Of a DNA stretch of 64,000 nt, positions 35,827-50,952 are shown piece by piece; the first letter of the stretch is position 1, and each line of letters begins with the position of its first letter. The position numbers were made by a program, and so were the translations under genes. The notes under the pieces are model-generated. The model did not search any database, was not told the origin of the DNA, and was given only the letters and a program-made list of their open reading frames with translations. Source of the stretch: Takakia lepidozioides (taxonomy: Eukaryota; Plantae; Bryophyta); assembly GCA_030704615.1 (NCBI GenBank), contig CM060731.1:83762001-83826000 (forward strand), written 5' to 3'.

Positions 35827-38685
35827 CTCAAATTATCTCAGAGCTAATAGATCAGCCAACTAACTCTCTGGCGTCTACACCCACGGACATGGCTGGCTTG
35901 GCAGCAAGACATTTCCACAACCTTTTCCATAGCGACATTTCATCACTGAACCCTTCCCTGTACATCAATCAGCATGTCTGTCTCACACACCTACTCTCCA
36001 ATTGACCCCGGCTTTAAGCTTCAAGGCGTTCTCCCTTTCTTGCTTAAAGTGCCAAAGGTTCGACTTGGCCTTATTATAATTCTCTAGAGTACAGGGGCCC
36101 TCATGACATTTTTCCATAAGTTGTTGGCAAAGCTGAAGACACTTCAGCAGGGATCTTTCCCTTTGCGAGAGAGCAAGTGTTAGGTCCCTTGAGAGCTCCT
36201 GGGCCTTGCTTCTCGCAGCCTCGAGCTTAGTGATAAATCTGAGAGTGGGCGACTCAAAACTATTCCCTGCAGGCCATAGCCCTTCTCTTACTTGACTTTG
36301 AAAAGACATTCGACAGAGTAGAATGGTCCTACTTGCTTGCAGCTCTAGACTAGGTTTTCCTCAATCTTTTTGCAAATGGGTTAAGATCTTGCTTACCACC
36401 TCATCCAGCAGGATAACTGTTAATGGCTACTTATCAACCTCCTTCCCTCTTCAACGGTCTGTCCGCCAGGGATGACCACTCTCCCCCTTCCTGTTCCTTG
36501 TAGTGGCCGACACCCTAGGATATATGCTGCAGCAAAGCCAATCCATCAAAGGCCTCAGATTCACAAATTACATAACCAAACAATTCACCTACCTCATCGA
36601 CTCCATGTTCGTTGATGATACCTTCTTAATGCTTCAAGCCAGAACTTGGACAATGCGAGTAATACTCTACAGTCATTCTGCAGAGCCTCTGGTTTCAAAA
36701 TCAACTGGAACAAGACTTCTGGCTTGTTAATTGGTGACCTGTCTATGTCTACATTGGGATCCCAACCTACTTGGGGAGGTGACCAGGGATTGAACTGGCT
36801 TCAGCCAGAAGAGACAACTACACTCCTGGGTTACACCTTCGGCATAAATCTCACTGACTAGCAAAAATTTGCAGCAACCTTGACCAACCTCAAAATTTGG
36901 CTTACTGGGGATCAAAGCATTTGTCGATTATAGGCAGGCCCCTCGTCGCTAACCAAATACTCGAAGCTGGAATCTGGTATTACCTCGGTATTACTCTTCC
37001 TCTTGGCGGCCAAACTCCAAACAAATCCAAAAAGTCAAACGCTTAATTAGAAACTTCATGATCTGGGGGGCTGAAAGCTCAAGCCAGGACAAGCCTCCTC
37101 AAGTGTCTTGGGCCCAGATTACCCTACCAAAACAAAAAGGAGGGTTGGGAGTATTGGATCCCGAAACCCAAATTGTAGCTCTGTTAGGGAAATGGATACC
37201 CAGATTCCTCGGGCCAGAGGGAGGGTGGTGGAAATTCTTGGTCCATGACCACATTACATTATCCTCTCCCCTCAAGAATACCCCATGGCACCCTTCCCTC
37301 CATTGGATAACTCAGGGCTTTAACCTCAAAACTGAGGGCTTTGGGCTAATATCTAGCTGGCTTGGGGGGAGCTGCGGAAACTGCTCGTAAAATCCCAGCC
37401 ATAGAACTATTATGAGATCAAAAGACAACATCTGTTCTTGAACTCCACTCCCCTAACCCCTGCTCAAAAAAATCAAGCCAAACGCTGGTCCACATGGGAT
37501 TCTCTAGGGGTTAAGCAGATATATAACATCTGGTCTGATAATGGTCTGAGATCAAAAGTGATGATCGCTCTCTCGGTAGGTAGTGCTCGGGCAAACAAAG
37601 GATATCAGGATGTAATTCAGTCTATCCCCCAGCAATGGCTACAAACCTTCTCTCTAGGCCCTCCGCAGTTGGGTTCCAACTCCTAGGCTCCCGTCATCCT
37701 CCAAGGCCAACTCTTAGTTCTGTTTGTAGAAGAAAAGACAAAGGATCATCTATCTGTATACTCCTTCTCAATTGACACTACCTCTCTCAAATTGATACTT
37801 ACCTCACCAGACCCCTTAAGCATTCCCTCGATGCCTCTTACACCGGTGAGAATCATCTGCTGGACTGCCCCTGACAGAGCCCTTGACCCACAGCCCCCAA
37901 TTTCTATTTCCACTCGCGTTTGGCTAGCCTCTAATTCATTTGCTTGGATCCTAGGCAGGCCCCTAGCAGAACTCGACATTGACCCCCTGGAGTGGTCTTG
38001 GAAGTTCAATAACTCACCTGAGCCTTTCTTCGCTTATACCACAAAAAAAGGTTACAGAGCTCTTTCATTTGCTCAACCTATGTGCAAGAAATGGGAATCC
38101 AGGTGGGGGCTATACAACTTCAATGAAGAGAACTGGAAAACCATTTGGAGCTCGGTGTGGATCAACACGCGCCCATCCAAAGTAGCAGCTTTTCTGTGGC
38201 AATTAGTTAACAGGGTTCTTAAGGTCGGGGAGTGGCTGCAGTTCCAGGGAAGTATTCTATGTGCTTGCTGCTCCACAACAGTCCTAGAATCGATTGAGCA
38301 TATAACCTCTTCGCCAGGCTTCTGCCAAAACTTGGCCCTATGTCAGAGCTTTCTATTATTGCTGGAACCCGAGAGTGCTTACTCATACAGATATCCTCCT
38401 AAACTATGATCAACAAACCAAAAGAAAATCAATTAACTAGCCTGTTTTCGAGACCCTCAGAGCTTCAACTCTGTGGCATCTTTGGAAAATCAGATGCAGA
38501 AACACATTCCAGGGCATCACCACCTCGATTTCTTCTCTGTTAGCCTCTATCTTTCTGGATCTGCAAACTGAGGCCAGGAGGGCTTGAACTAAACTCTGTA
38601 CATACATTCAACGAGATGGCAGGAACGCGACGGGGCTGCACAGGGCTTTCCAACAAACCTGGGCCAGACAAGGAATCATGAACCC
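35827..38685 (+). mobile_element. Degenerate L1-type LINE ORF2 (RT plus C-terminal zinc finger)
   Basis: LLDFEKTFDRVEW, RQG*PLSPFLF, SMFVDD, VSWAQITLPKQKGGLG, CACCSTTVLESIEH. Confidence 0.88.
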
Positions 38686-38689
38686 ATTT

Positions 38690-41600
38690 AATCCAACTGA
38701 ACATTATCATTGTTCTTTCTCAAGCACAAACCATAGTCCAATGTGCCTCTCAGATAACGGAAAATCCGCTTTACTACAACCCAATGGAGTTGCCCAGGGT
38801 TAGCTACATATTGGCTTACAACCCCCACTGCTTGTGCAATATCTGGCCTAGTACAGACCATTGCATACATGAGACTTCCCACAGTACTCTGATAGGGAAC
38901 ATCTCTCATTGTCTCCAAGTCTGCAGCACTCTTAGGACTCATCTCCTTTGAGAGTTTTCATTTTGGGACAAACGGGGTATTTACTGGCATACTTTCAGCC
39001 ATACCAAAGCGCCTTAAGATATCTTCAAGATACTTACGCTGGTTCAGGTAAATCGCTCAGTCTTGTCGAACACGAGTTACCGATACCCCCAAGCAGTACT
39101 GGATCTCTTTCAGATCCACCATCTCAAACTTCATTGAGATATCGCTCTTTGTCTTTTTCAACAGATCCTGATCAACACATGATCACAAGATCTCTTTCAG
39201 ATCCACCATCTCAAACCTCTTTGAGATATCACTTTGTCTTTTCAACAAAGACTAATCATTAACACATGATCACATGATCTCTTTCAGATCCACCTCTCAA
39301 ACCTCTGTGAGTTATCACTTTGCCTTTGTTTCAACAAAGTCAATTTGTTATGATCACACAACCACTATCTCAATCTTATTTGAGATATTGACACTTTGTA
39401 TGTGTTTCAACAAAGTCAAGTCATTAGAGACCAAGATCAGATCATCAACATACAATGTTATGATCACATAAGAGTTTCCATAAGCCCTCTTATAGTAAAT
39501 ACTATAATCAGCAGAGCTCCTCTCAAACTCTTCAGCCATGAAATATGCATCAATCTTAGCCTTCCATGCCCTAGGGGGATTGCTTCAAACCATACAAGGA
39601 CTTGAGGAGCTTACAAACCATCATCTCCTTCCCTTTTACAGCAAATCCCTCCGGCTGGTCCATGTATATTTCTTCCATAACATCTCCATTGAGAAAGGTT
39701 GTACATACATCCATCTGATGTACCTCAAGATTTTCAACAACAACAAACGCTAGAATCACTTGAATTGACTCCATCCGTGCAACAGGGGAGAAGATTTCAT
39801 TGTAATCAATACCTTCAATTTGCGGAAGCCCCTTTGCAACCAAGCGCGCTTTGTACCTTGCTACAGAACCATCTGCATTGTACTTAACCTTGAAAATCCA
39901 TTTGCAGCCAACAGATTGCCGTCCAGATGGAAGTTGAACAAGACTCCAAGTCTTATTATCCTGAAGAGACTTAAACTCAGATGCCATAGCTTCCTTCCAG
40001 TGTGAAGAGTCCCACTCCTCATTGCATCTGACACACTTTGAGGTTCATCACTGTCAATGAAATAAGCAGAAGATACCTTTGAGGGTTTTTCAATCATAGT
40101 AGATTGTACCTCCTCCATTTGAACCTCAACTATCTCTTCAACAATCTTCTCTTCCATTTTATCTTCATGTGTTAGAGCCAAGTTCTCTTTTTCATGGTCC
40201 AAACTTGGAACTATTGTTTCCTGATGAAAGTTCCTGGACTCATTGAATATCACATCACGACTGATGATCACATACTTGCTCTCAGGGTTATACAACTTAT
40301 ACCCTTTGGTTTCTTCACAATAGCCAATGAAGATACACTTGATTGCTTTTGCATCCAATCTCTTCCTTACTTTTTTTGGAACATGGGCAAATGCAACATA
40401 CCCAAAGACGCGCAAATATTCAACTGAAGGTTTCTCACCCTTCCAAACCTCTTCAGGTGTCTTTGTAGAGATTGCCTTAGTAGGAAGTCGACTCTGGAGG
40501 TATGCTGCAGTCGCCACTGCTTCTGCCCAGAAACGGTGGTCCAACCTCATGTGTTGCAACATACACCTCACACTCTCAACAAGTGTTCGATTTTTCCTCT
40601 CTGCAACTCCATTCTTCTTTAGCGTATATGGTGTGATTGATTGTTTCACAATACCATTCTCCTTATAGAATTGATTAAAATTCCTTGAGATATACTCACC
40701 ACCGCCATCACACCGAAGTATTTTGATCATTTCTCCAGTTTGATTCTCCACCAAAGCTTTGAATGTTTTGAACCTATCGAGAACTCCAAACTTATTCTAC
40801 ATCATGTAAGGAAATATTTTCTTAGAAAACTCATCAGTGAAGGTCAAGAAATACTTTGCACCTTCATGAGATTCAGATGACATATGACCGCATAGATCAG
40901 TATGCACCGGTTCAAGAACCTTATTTGTTCGAGAACCTCTATCCTTTGGAAATGAGTTGCGATGGTGTTTATCATACACACATCCGTCACAAACACTCAA
41001 GACCTGATCTCCTGTAAGATCCATGCTTCAACCAGATTGTTAGCTGACATGCATGCCAAACTTTGGATTGAGACATGTCCAAGTCTCTGATGCCCGAGGT
41101 CACTCTGCTTGAGTGTAGCATTGCAATCCACATGTAACGCCTGGACAGCCCCAAGAGCTTGTACAATCTTGCATCTTGAACTACCTTAGTTCAACCAACA
41201 ATGACTAGTAGAATCTTCAACCATAAGACCTTGCTCAGTTAGCTGATTAACTGACAATAGGTTCTTTGTCAATCTATGAACATAGAGAACATCTCCGATA
41301 TCTTATGATACTCCAGGTGATAATTGAAACACGACAGTACCTTTTCATGTATATCAAGACTAGTAGTACTGTTGTCTCCAAGATACACATTGTATCCCAC
41401 AAAGAGTTCTTTGAAGGTTGATAATGCTTCCCTTTGGAACGTCATATGTTGAGATGTTCCTGAATCAATGATTCACCACACATCTCTACAACTAGGAGAG
41501 ATTGACAAAGCTATAACAAAAAGTTTAGTTCTGTCAGCCATAATTGCCGATAAAACTTCACTCTGTAACTTTTTCTTCTTCTCATCGTTTAGCTTTTTTT

Positions 41601-42640
41601 GAAGCATTCACTTGCATAATGACCTTTTATGCCACAAAAGAAACAGACTTTGTGTTTCTTCTTCTTGAATTTAACTTCATTTCTTCATCTTACAACTCTT
41701 GGATAAGATAGAGCCGATTGACGACATGCTTTCTTCCAAAACTGACACATAGATTGAACCATGCTTATCTAACAATTTTAGCATGTGCAACATGATGAAG
41801 TATTGAATCTATTACATTCAACAACATGGTTCCTCGAGCCAACTTATCTTTCTTCGTAAAAAATTGTTGCCCAGGAGTCAACCCTGCGGCTATGATCTTT
41901 CCATCTTCAGGCTGCAGTTGAACTGGTGCAACCGCTTCTCCTGATGTGATCTCCCACAGATCTTTCTCATGAAGAATGAACTTCATCTTAATCTTATATG
42001 TATGAGTTGTGACCATCTAACTTCTCCACTCGGGTATGATCAGCAGAAGGTGCCATGATGCTAGTTTGATGTTTTGCCAACTATAAAACACCCTCAAACT
42101 TTTAGATCTAACTCCAAGCACTCAAGCTTTTAGATCTGACACTAAGCACTCAACTCCAAGCATTCAAGCTTTCAGATCTAACCCCAAGCACTCAAGCCTT
42201 CAGATCTAACCCCAAGCACTCAAGCCTATTGGTTGTAAATCAAATATTCATCTTCTTCTATCTCTCAGACAGAACCTGGCTCTGATATCATGTTGGAATT
42301 CGACAGAGAATAGAGGTAGAAGATGAACTGATTACGGAGAACTCTCCACCCAACCATAGAACCACAACAAGCTGTGTCCACCCTCCGAGCTCTCCCTATT
42401 TATACTCAAAGTCTAATCCAGAAATAGCTGAGATAACTATAGCATAACTCCATGCTTTTACTTAAGTTATCTCCACCTGCTATTCTAGTACAATGACTTG
42501 AGTCACTAATAACTGAAGCTAATTTTAGCTATCTTTTAGCTAACCGAAGCTTATCTCTATTGTTAACTGTGACTTGTCAGCACTCCTATTATGGAAGCCT
42601 GACTTGTCTAACTCTAGGTAGTAATAACTTGGTCCCAACA
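38690..42640 (-). mobile_element. Ty1/copia retrotransposon, degenerate and 3'-truncated
   Basis: Order gag, IN (LRCDGGGEY, NGVAERKNRTL), RT (YKARLVAKG, HQMDV, LYGLKQ, YVDD, TRPDI). PBS-like TGATATCAGAGCC at 42278-42290. Confidence 0.93.
42291..42640 (-). repeat. Copia 5' LTR (350 bp)
   Basis: TGTTGG...CCAACA termini, adjacent to the PBS. Confidence 0.85.
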
Positions 42641-42900
42641 CTTTTAACCCAAAATAATTTTTTTCTTAAAAAAAAATGTATCTAAAGTTTATTTGGGGAA
42701 GGAAAGAGAAAGAGAGCCAGAGACTAGGGTTTGACATGCAGCATGGCGTGGGCGATCTCGAGCGATTGTAGAAGCACGCATGTGTTTTACCTGATGTCAT
42801 TCTCGTCCCATTTTTCGGAGAGAAAGGGAGGGTCCGTGTAGCAGATCTACGAGCTTAATTGGAATTCTCAGCCCATCATCTGCCTCGATTTTCTGCTCCG

Positions 42901-45900
42901 ATGGATTTGTTCATCCAAAAGGCGAAGCTCTTCGCACAGGAGACAGCAAAGAAGTCTCAAGAGATTGCCAAAGAGGCTGCAAAATTGTCGCAGGAGATCG
43001 CGCAGCAGACAGCCAAACGATCCAAGGAATTATCGAAGGAAATTGTAGTGGAAGCGATAAAGACGGCTGATCAACTCAAGACATTTGCTGGCGAGTTGTC
43101 TCCATCGATTGTGGGACGGGCTACAACTCCGGCCCCTGTCGTCGCCTCGGAGCTCGAGGAGTATGGAATCACTCCAGAGCTCAGGGAATTTGTAAAGGGC
43201 CTTACCATCCGGACCTTTCGTGATTTCCCTCTCGAAGAATCCAATTGTAAGTGAGATTGATACTCAGTCTCTGTGTTTTTCTGTTCCCCCCCTCTACTTT
43301 TCTCAACAAATTGGTGGGATGTACGTCGCGTGATCCCATGGAAGCAGTCGGTTGCAAGCCGACCATCAGCGACAATTCTCGTTTTGACGTTTTACAAATA
43401 CATTCTGTGTCACGATCCGTGGAAGAAAATTTTGTTCATTAGCAACTCCCTGGTGATAAATTGACTGATGGGTATCCAGATCCCGTGGAAAGAATTTTTA
43501 TATCTCTGACATTGAGTGCTAATTGCGGTTCAGGCTCTTGGGGAGGTATGTGTAGAGAACAAGATGCACTACAGAGCTTTTGATCAAGTGGACTTATGGT
43601 GCAGTTCATCACTCTTTAAATCGGTAGTAATGCATGTCTACGAGGACTATGGGGCAAATGCCTCAAAATCTCTCGAGACTGACATGAGCCTGCCTGCACA
43701 AAGGCTCAATCAATGCGTATTTCGAGATCTGAGGGCAAAGAAGATTGCTGTACTGAGGTCAAGTTGATAGCAACATCTTGGTCAGAAGATGGTGCTAGGT
43801 TTCTATTGGTGAGAGCACTTGGAGATTATGTGGGTTAATTAGCCACACATGGCCTGCTTTTTAGTCAATTTAAGTTGGCCCAGGCAATTAGTGAGTTTTG
43901 AGTCTCACTGCTCTCGAAAAGATGTCTTTTGATGTACATTATGATGTCCATTCTTTGACCAGGTTTTGCATTGAAGCTGATTTCTACCATCCTTCTTTTG
44001 GGTTTTGTATCGTGTCCATTGTAGGTTTAAGAGTTAGGAAAAGTTTGAGGTTTAGTTTTAAATCCCTCCAATTAGAAGTTTCTAAATGAGAATCTTTGAT
44101 CTTCAAACCTCTATTCCTAAGTGTGAGTACCTGCTCCAGATATGAGTAGGCTGCTGTGATTTCCAGGAATCTCAAAAGTGTTTGATTGCATTTTCCAGCT
44201 ATTCATACAAGCACTCTGCCATTTCTCCACCTCCCACATTCCCTGTCTGCCCTACTTACATTGCCTACTATTTTTTTGGACACTATATGCCCCATCCTAC
44301 TCATAAATCTCTGGGATTTCAGCCATCCCTGTAGACATTCCCATTCATTATGTTGCATTGCTGAGCCTTTGCACATATGTCTTTGGAAGAGACATGCCTA
44401 ACAGTGAGGTTGGTATGGAACAGAGAGAGAAATATGAGAGCCAGAGATACAGGTGAGGACCATGCCTCCTCAAGCAAAGCAAAAAATTGTCAGATGCAGG
44501 TTTTGTTCTTTCATTGGTCTCAGTACTTTAAGGCTCTTGGTCAGATAGGTACATCAGGCAGAGAGATTGGTTGGAAATATCTCTATGATTACTCTCTAGT
44601 TCTGCCGCCTTCTAACAATTGTTGGGAGTCTCCATCAGATTGGTAGGCTACAAGCACAGATGCACAGACAAGAGGGGTGAAAACTTGTTCATGAGACTCT
44701 ATCTGGCCTGTCAAGGTTGGAACAAATCTTGCACAGGGAGAGGTTGCAATTTTGGAGGAAGCAGGTTTTCGCCTTCCTCGACACAACATGGTGCCTAGAA
44801 GGAATTCTTTTGACAGTATGGGTTCTACTGCGAACATTCCATCTTTTCGTGCACCTCCGGCTGATGCAGACGTTTACCCTACAAAGCGCAATGGGAAGGC
44901 CGTCAGACGTAGACCACCAACGGCGTAGGCCCTTTGTGGGGGATGGGGAGAGCTGAAAAGTGGAGGATAGGGGCAAGGGCCAGGGGTGGAGAGCTGAATG
45001 GGACTTACTTTTGATCCTAAAAGGCTTGCTCCAGTAGTGGACTTCAAATTGCATCTGTGGGGCTGGTGGGCATGTCATTCTGGCATCCAAGGGACTCAGT
45101 TAACAATCTTTGGATTTCCTGTTTGACCATCTGAGCTAACATGATACATCAGATTTCTCATTCTGAAAGGAATGAATGGCTCACTCTAATCTGTATGGCT
45201 TAGGGCTATCCCTATAGTTCAAATTGCCTGCCATACATGGGCCCCATCTTCTAATGCTGGTCTTAAGGGCGTGGAGGAACATATGTCTGTTTTATGGAGT
45301 ACATTAAACAGTACTATTATCTTCCTGTCAAATTTGCCTTTGTCATTGTATGACAGTGCTTTGTGCACATTGGCTCCATACATGGAACTTCTGCTTGACA
45401 CTATCTGGCCCTGCAAAGTCATTTGACATGCCAGGGCAGGAATTGGAAGTTCACTTACCTTTATCCCCAAGCTGATAAAGGGAGGAGAGAGAGGAGATGG
45501 ATTAGTTAGTCTTTGTTACGGTAGCAGGCATAGACCCCATGCCCTGTTTGGATGGAGCTGAGAACTAGGGGAGTGGAGGAGTAAGATAAGAGCAAGATGG
45601 GGTGCACTACCATCTCGGATACGCTTGGACAAAATGAAGTGAGCGAAAGAGATGCAGTGATGCTGTCAAAGAGGGCCTCTTGTTGAGAATTGTTTGAGAT
45701 TATCAGGAGTGTTTGCTATTCGCACTCAGACCCACAGATTGACATATGAGTTCCCCTTTTCGCAGCTGGATTACCTTACTGGACACGGGTAGCAACCTAC
45801 TCTAACCCGGAATTTCCCATTGTGCTCAGCATAGGAAGGCCCTTAAGGTTATCCTTGAGTCCCCTAACGCGAGCTTCTGCCGGACTTCACCTTGTTCACG

Positions 45901-48900
45901 ATCTCCTTTGTGTTTTTGGCGTCAGTCTCCCCCACGGACTTCTCTACAGTGTAGTGGGGAGAGATCGAGAAAGAGTCTATGTATGACGCACCAGGAACAC
46001 AGTCATATTCTAAAATTGTCCTCAAATTTGAAATAAGTGACATCTTCCAGTACGAGAAGGGTCCCAAGTTGCTCGATTTCAGTAATGCTTGTATTGGGTG
46101 TTTGCTTGGCCAGGGGAGCGAACAGAGAAAGTTGTTGGTGGTGAGTCTCAAATACAACGAGATCTGACTCAGTGGCAGGAGCGGCATGCCATTCTCGTTC
46201 TCACAACTGTTCCGGTCAAAACTCTCTTCTTCCACAGAGTGCTGTAACACAACATGAAACATAAGAACGTGCAGTTTTTTTATTTGGAGCTTTAAGAACA
46301 CTTGTAGGAGCTCAGTTGGCCACTTTGACAGTGCCCTGGGCTGCTCAATTTGGTGGGGTCAAGATTTGTAGGAAAACATATGGTGAATTTGACATGAGCT
46401 TCCAATTTGTACCTTTGTGCTGATTGAGGTGTTTGTTGTAGTTTCATGCTGACTAGATGAGAAGGGAGGAAAGGAGAAGGGAAAATGAGAAGAGGCGGAT
46501 AAGGTAACATTACCAGGTGAAGGATTCATTCTGTAGGGACCTTTTCTACTTGATGAGCTGGGTTCTGGATTGAACCAGTCAACTAACTAGCAGGCAGAAG
46601 CTGAGCCTTGGGTTGTGGAAGCAGGAGATATCAGGCTTCAGGTATGTGCTGTGCCCGCGGCGCATGAGGGAGAGCAAATTCTGGAAAATTTACTTCATCC
46701 TGGTCCATAGTCATCTTGCATCGTACGTATTCTTCCCATGGATTGTTTCTCCCCAGTATCAAGCATGTGCCAACTTTCCAGATCTGCCTCCATACCTCCC
46801 TTTGCATATCCTTGTTGGACAGTTTTAGGTGCTCTAAGTGGCAAACAGATGCACACTAGGTAGGCCCTTCTCAGAAACAGATCTGCCTCCTCACTTTCAT
46901 ATCTTAGGAAGCAACAGTAGAAGTAGGAAGAGCACTAGAAACAGCAGTATTATGTGTACACAATCAACACATACAAACAGATTTGAGGTTTGAGAGAGCT
47001 GAAAGCCTCACTCCCTTAGTCTCTTGCCCTTAGTAGCATTTCCTGCAACAAAAGAAGGTGAAGTGGCCTCACCTGGATCCATCACAGCCAACCAACAAAC
47101 CAACAGGTCAGTGATCTCTGTGGAACCCCAGACTGAAACCTCTCACATTTGTTATTAATGTCACCCCTGCAGCAGGTCATACTAGCAAAGAGAGGTGAGG
47201 GAGGTCCTTTTAGCCATTTCAGCCAGCAGTAGGTACACAACTCAGGAGTACCTATTTCAGCCCATGCTCAAGAGGGAGGCGGTGGTGGTCTCATGACAGT
47301 AAGCACCCATCCCCCAAAGGAAGGTTTTACTAGACCAAGTATGCAAGCAAGGGCACCCATAGAAGCCCTTGGTTTGCAAATGTCTGAATGGATACTTTGC
47401 TTGTAGCCATAGCTCAGCAGTAAGGTAGTCAGCTCCTTCAGCTCTTGCCTACTCCTCTTCCACAAGAGAAGAGTGGCCAGGCTTTCTAACCTTATAGGGC
47501 AATTTCTTTAGGTTAAGACCTATAGAGTACCCTAATGAGTCATCCTGTTCTCCGTTTTCCCATTCTGTTCTAGGCAAAAAAAATTCTGAACAGAATAACG
47601 GGATCAGACGATTCTTGAATGTTGTTACAAAGAACTTAGTCACATTCAAGGAAAGAGATAGTACTCGTAAGATCCTATTTGCTGTAGCCTTGTGGCCATA
47701 GACCCCGTGTGCAGTTTGGGCGGAACAGAACGGACCAGAAACTACCTTTGTGGGGGGCTCACTCCGGTAGTGTGACTTACCTCAATTAGTTTGGGCTTTC
47801 CAGATATCCTCTAGAAAGCCCTTCACACAAGCATCATTCTGCTGTGTGTGAGCAGAAAAAAGTTAGACCCCAACAGGGCCAGGGCTTTAGGCTCAACCTC
47901 AAAATTTTGAAAGTTGGTGAACAGAGGTGGCCATTAGAGAGAGAGCCAGAGGTATTAGGCAATTCTCGAGCGAGTTTTATGAAGCTGTTTCCTCTTCCAT
48001 CAGCTAATAGGATTTTTTCTTAGGTATGAGGCTCAGGCAGCTCAGCGAGCAGCTGATAAGGTGCACGCACAGGAAGAGCTGTCATCTGCTGCTTCCTTAA
48101 CGGATGCGAGGTCTTTGTCAAGCTCAGCTGTGCGCGAAAGACCACCAGGTGGTGAGGCTGAAAGAACTTCTGAACCAAAAGCTGCCAATTCTGCTAGTGC
48201 AGAAAATGACCTGGATGCTTATCTCATGGGTGCCCTTGGTAGTGATGACGAAGGGCCAGGTATGGGCACTACCCTCTTTCACCCTTCTTTGTCACTTACC
48301 ACCCTTCCTCCCTCCCGCCTTGAAATGTCTTCTAGCTCTAGCCCAATACCAGCTAGAGTAAAATTGACTTCCCAACATAAAAAAGACTTGATGACTAGTC
48401 TCGAAGCAAGTGAGATTACAGTCTACCGCATCTGTTTGGGAGAGGGACACCTAATGGCCGTAAGTGGCTGCCCATTCCTTACCAGGGACTTGACAGCCCT
48501 GAGGAGTTTCAGTCAACCGAGATCTCAAGGAGTCCTTTGGTGCGAGGCTATTGCATCTCTGAATGGCAAAACTTTATGAAGACAGCTTTATACCTTACAT
48601 TTGTGGAGAACTTAACCCAGTGAATTTTTCTAAGGGATGGTGTAATTAGGACATGTAATGTCTTACATATAGGATTCCTGGATTATTGTGGCAGATGAGG
48701 ATGAGGATGGCTTCGATGCAGACTTTGACCAGCTGGTCAACAGCGGGGTAAGTATCACTTCCATTAGTATTTGGATGAGGTTGTTGGTTGCTGGAAGTCT
48801 TAAGTGAAGGCATATAGGCTAACAGATGAGGCGAGGCAGATTGTGATGTATACATTGTTCCTTGTGAATATTGACTGCCTGCCCTCTGGGACCTTGGTCT

Positions 48901-49662
48901 GTCTGAGAGGGATAGAAAGAATGAAAGAAACTCTACACCTTCCACATGGCCCAGAGAGTGGTGTAGTCCCCAGGGAACTTTAACCGTCCTGGACGGTGGG
49001 AAAACTAGAGAGGACGTATCGACAGGATTGCTCTGTCATGCTTTGCTGCCAACAATCTCTTGCCAGTTTCCTTCCTGAAGAAATCTGTTAGTTTTGGGGT
49101 TTGGGATGCTCATGTATGTTAGTACATCCATCATGAACAAAGTTCTGCAGTTAGTCTTTGACCTCCTTCATAGGCGGTGATGCAAGGGGGTGATGTGGGT
49201 TAATGAGCATGTGATCTGAGCCTAAATAACACCTATCAATGCATCCATCTAAGCTTTCAGTTCTGGAGATCCTAGACTCCTGTTCATGGTCCTTTAAGCC
49301 TCCTAAAGTTGTTGAATTGTTGCAATTGGATGCTATTGATGACTTTCAGAAAGGTTAAATTTCCCCAGTTACTTCTGTACTTGCGATATACCTCTAGTAT
49401 GCCACCAACTCTTTATTGAGGATGGACTGGGTTTCTGCCATATAATGTTCAGGTATTGTACAGCGAAGGTGAGGATGCCACCCATGGGATTACATCCTCT
49501 GGCAGCCATGATGAAGGCAACCAACTGGGGCAGCAGAAGCTGTCTGCCAGAAGCAAAGCAGCTGCAAGTGAGGGCTCCTCAGATGGTGAACTGGTTGAGA
49601 TGCCCACAGACCAAGAGTCTGACACAACCACCAGAAAGGCAGAGAAAGTCACAGAGATGTAG
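42901..49662 (+). CDS. BSD-domain-containing protein (exons 42901-43246, 46114-46214, 46625-46722, 48024-48259, 48695-48747, 49453-49662)
   Basis: Phase-consistent GT-AG splicing gives DLTQWQERHAILVLTTVPEISGFRYVLCPRRMRESKFWKIYF, the plant BSD signature. No stops. Confidence 0.9.
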
Positions 49663-50787
49663 GGAGGGCATATGTTAATTGCACGACACCTCCCAAGATT
49701 TTTTATGTGGGATGATTAGTGTGCTCATTAATTTAGCTTTAGAGAGTGAGGCACTCTAATAAGGCACGGGAGGGAGAACGGGAGGGAGACATACCTACTA
49801 CTGGTCTACACAGGCGGGATGTCCAGGGAGAAAGGGTGGGGCATTGAGGCAGGGGGGCAGGATAGCGATTTTTTCAAAAGTGACCTTATACATTTAGAAG
49901 TGCGTTGTATGATAATTAACAAAGACTTTCTTTTGCCATGTGTTATCGCAGATAGTGTCAGTTTAGGGAAAATTATCAAAATACTTAGCTCTGTTCTCAC
50001 ATTAGAGTCTGAAGACTTTTACAATGCTTGAACTGGCATCTAACTCTCGTGCTGTTTTATAGGAAGATTCAGGAGGCTCAGAACACCCTTCTGACACTTT
50101 GAAACTATTCTATCACAGCCTGCTGCAGCAGCCAAATTACATACTGATGTTTTGCAGATATCAAGGGGTTCTTATCAGATCTGAAGCTTACTCTTCTGAC
50201 TGCTCTGGATGTGAGGACAATCTGGAGTTGTTCACCCCCCCAAGGATTGTTATCTCTGTGTCACAGGCCATTTCTGCCAGCGCTACTCAGGTGGCTGGAA
50301 TGTCCCTGCAAAGGGCCTCACTACTCAGACGAGTCTGCCCTTAGGAATGCAGCAGGCTCACCAGCAAATGATTTTGAAGCACAAATATGAAGAGCACCTT
50401 ACTATCTACAACCACTTCAATCCTCAGGAGAATTATACACTCAGCTTATTATCACTTCAGGTCATTACCCCCAAGGACTCTGAAAGTGGGTACCCAGTTG
50501 GGTTGGCTATAATGGGTGACATCCAACATATGTAAAGGTTGGATAAATGTTAGGCCTGGGAAGTTGAGCCAAAAACAAACATTTGTAGCTGATTTTCTTT
50601 CGTTTTTTTGGTTAATAATAAATGAGGGAGAGAAAAGAGGGGATGGAGGCGGAGGTGAGCTTTGCATTCTACACAAATCGCTTTCACACCCTGGCAAGTA
50701 GAAAACTAGGGCTGGCACCTGGGTGCATATCCCTAGGGCAGGCCAAGTAATAGATGGGGCCCTGGAGTTCAATGTGAGGGAGCTGGG

Positions 50788-50952
50788 TACCTGGATAGTC
50801 ATGCATTGTCCATAGCAAAAGCCCTCGCAAGAGAAAAGAACGTTGGTCAGTGGGTGCCGATGCATCATAAGCTGGAACTCCATTCCATAATATATTGAGT
50901 TCGTCAACCAATGGACGCAGATACACATCCATATTTGCAACTTGTTTTTACC
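50788..50952 (-). pseudogene. CACTA/En-Spm transposase (Tnp2/Transposase_21-type) fragment
   Basis: DVYLRPLVDELNILWNGV.AYD...F.LRG.LLWTMHDYPG. Confidence 0.85.

Noticed and set aside
43251-48020. Small ORFs between the BSD exons
   Set aside because: Intronic, with no recognisable motifs.
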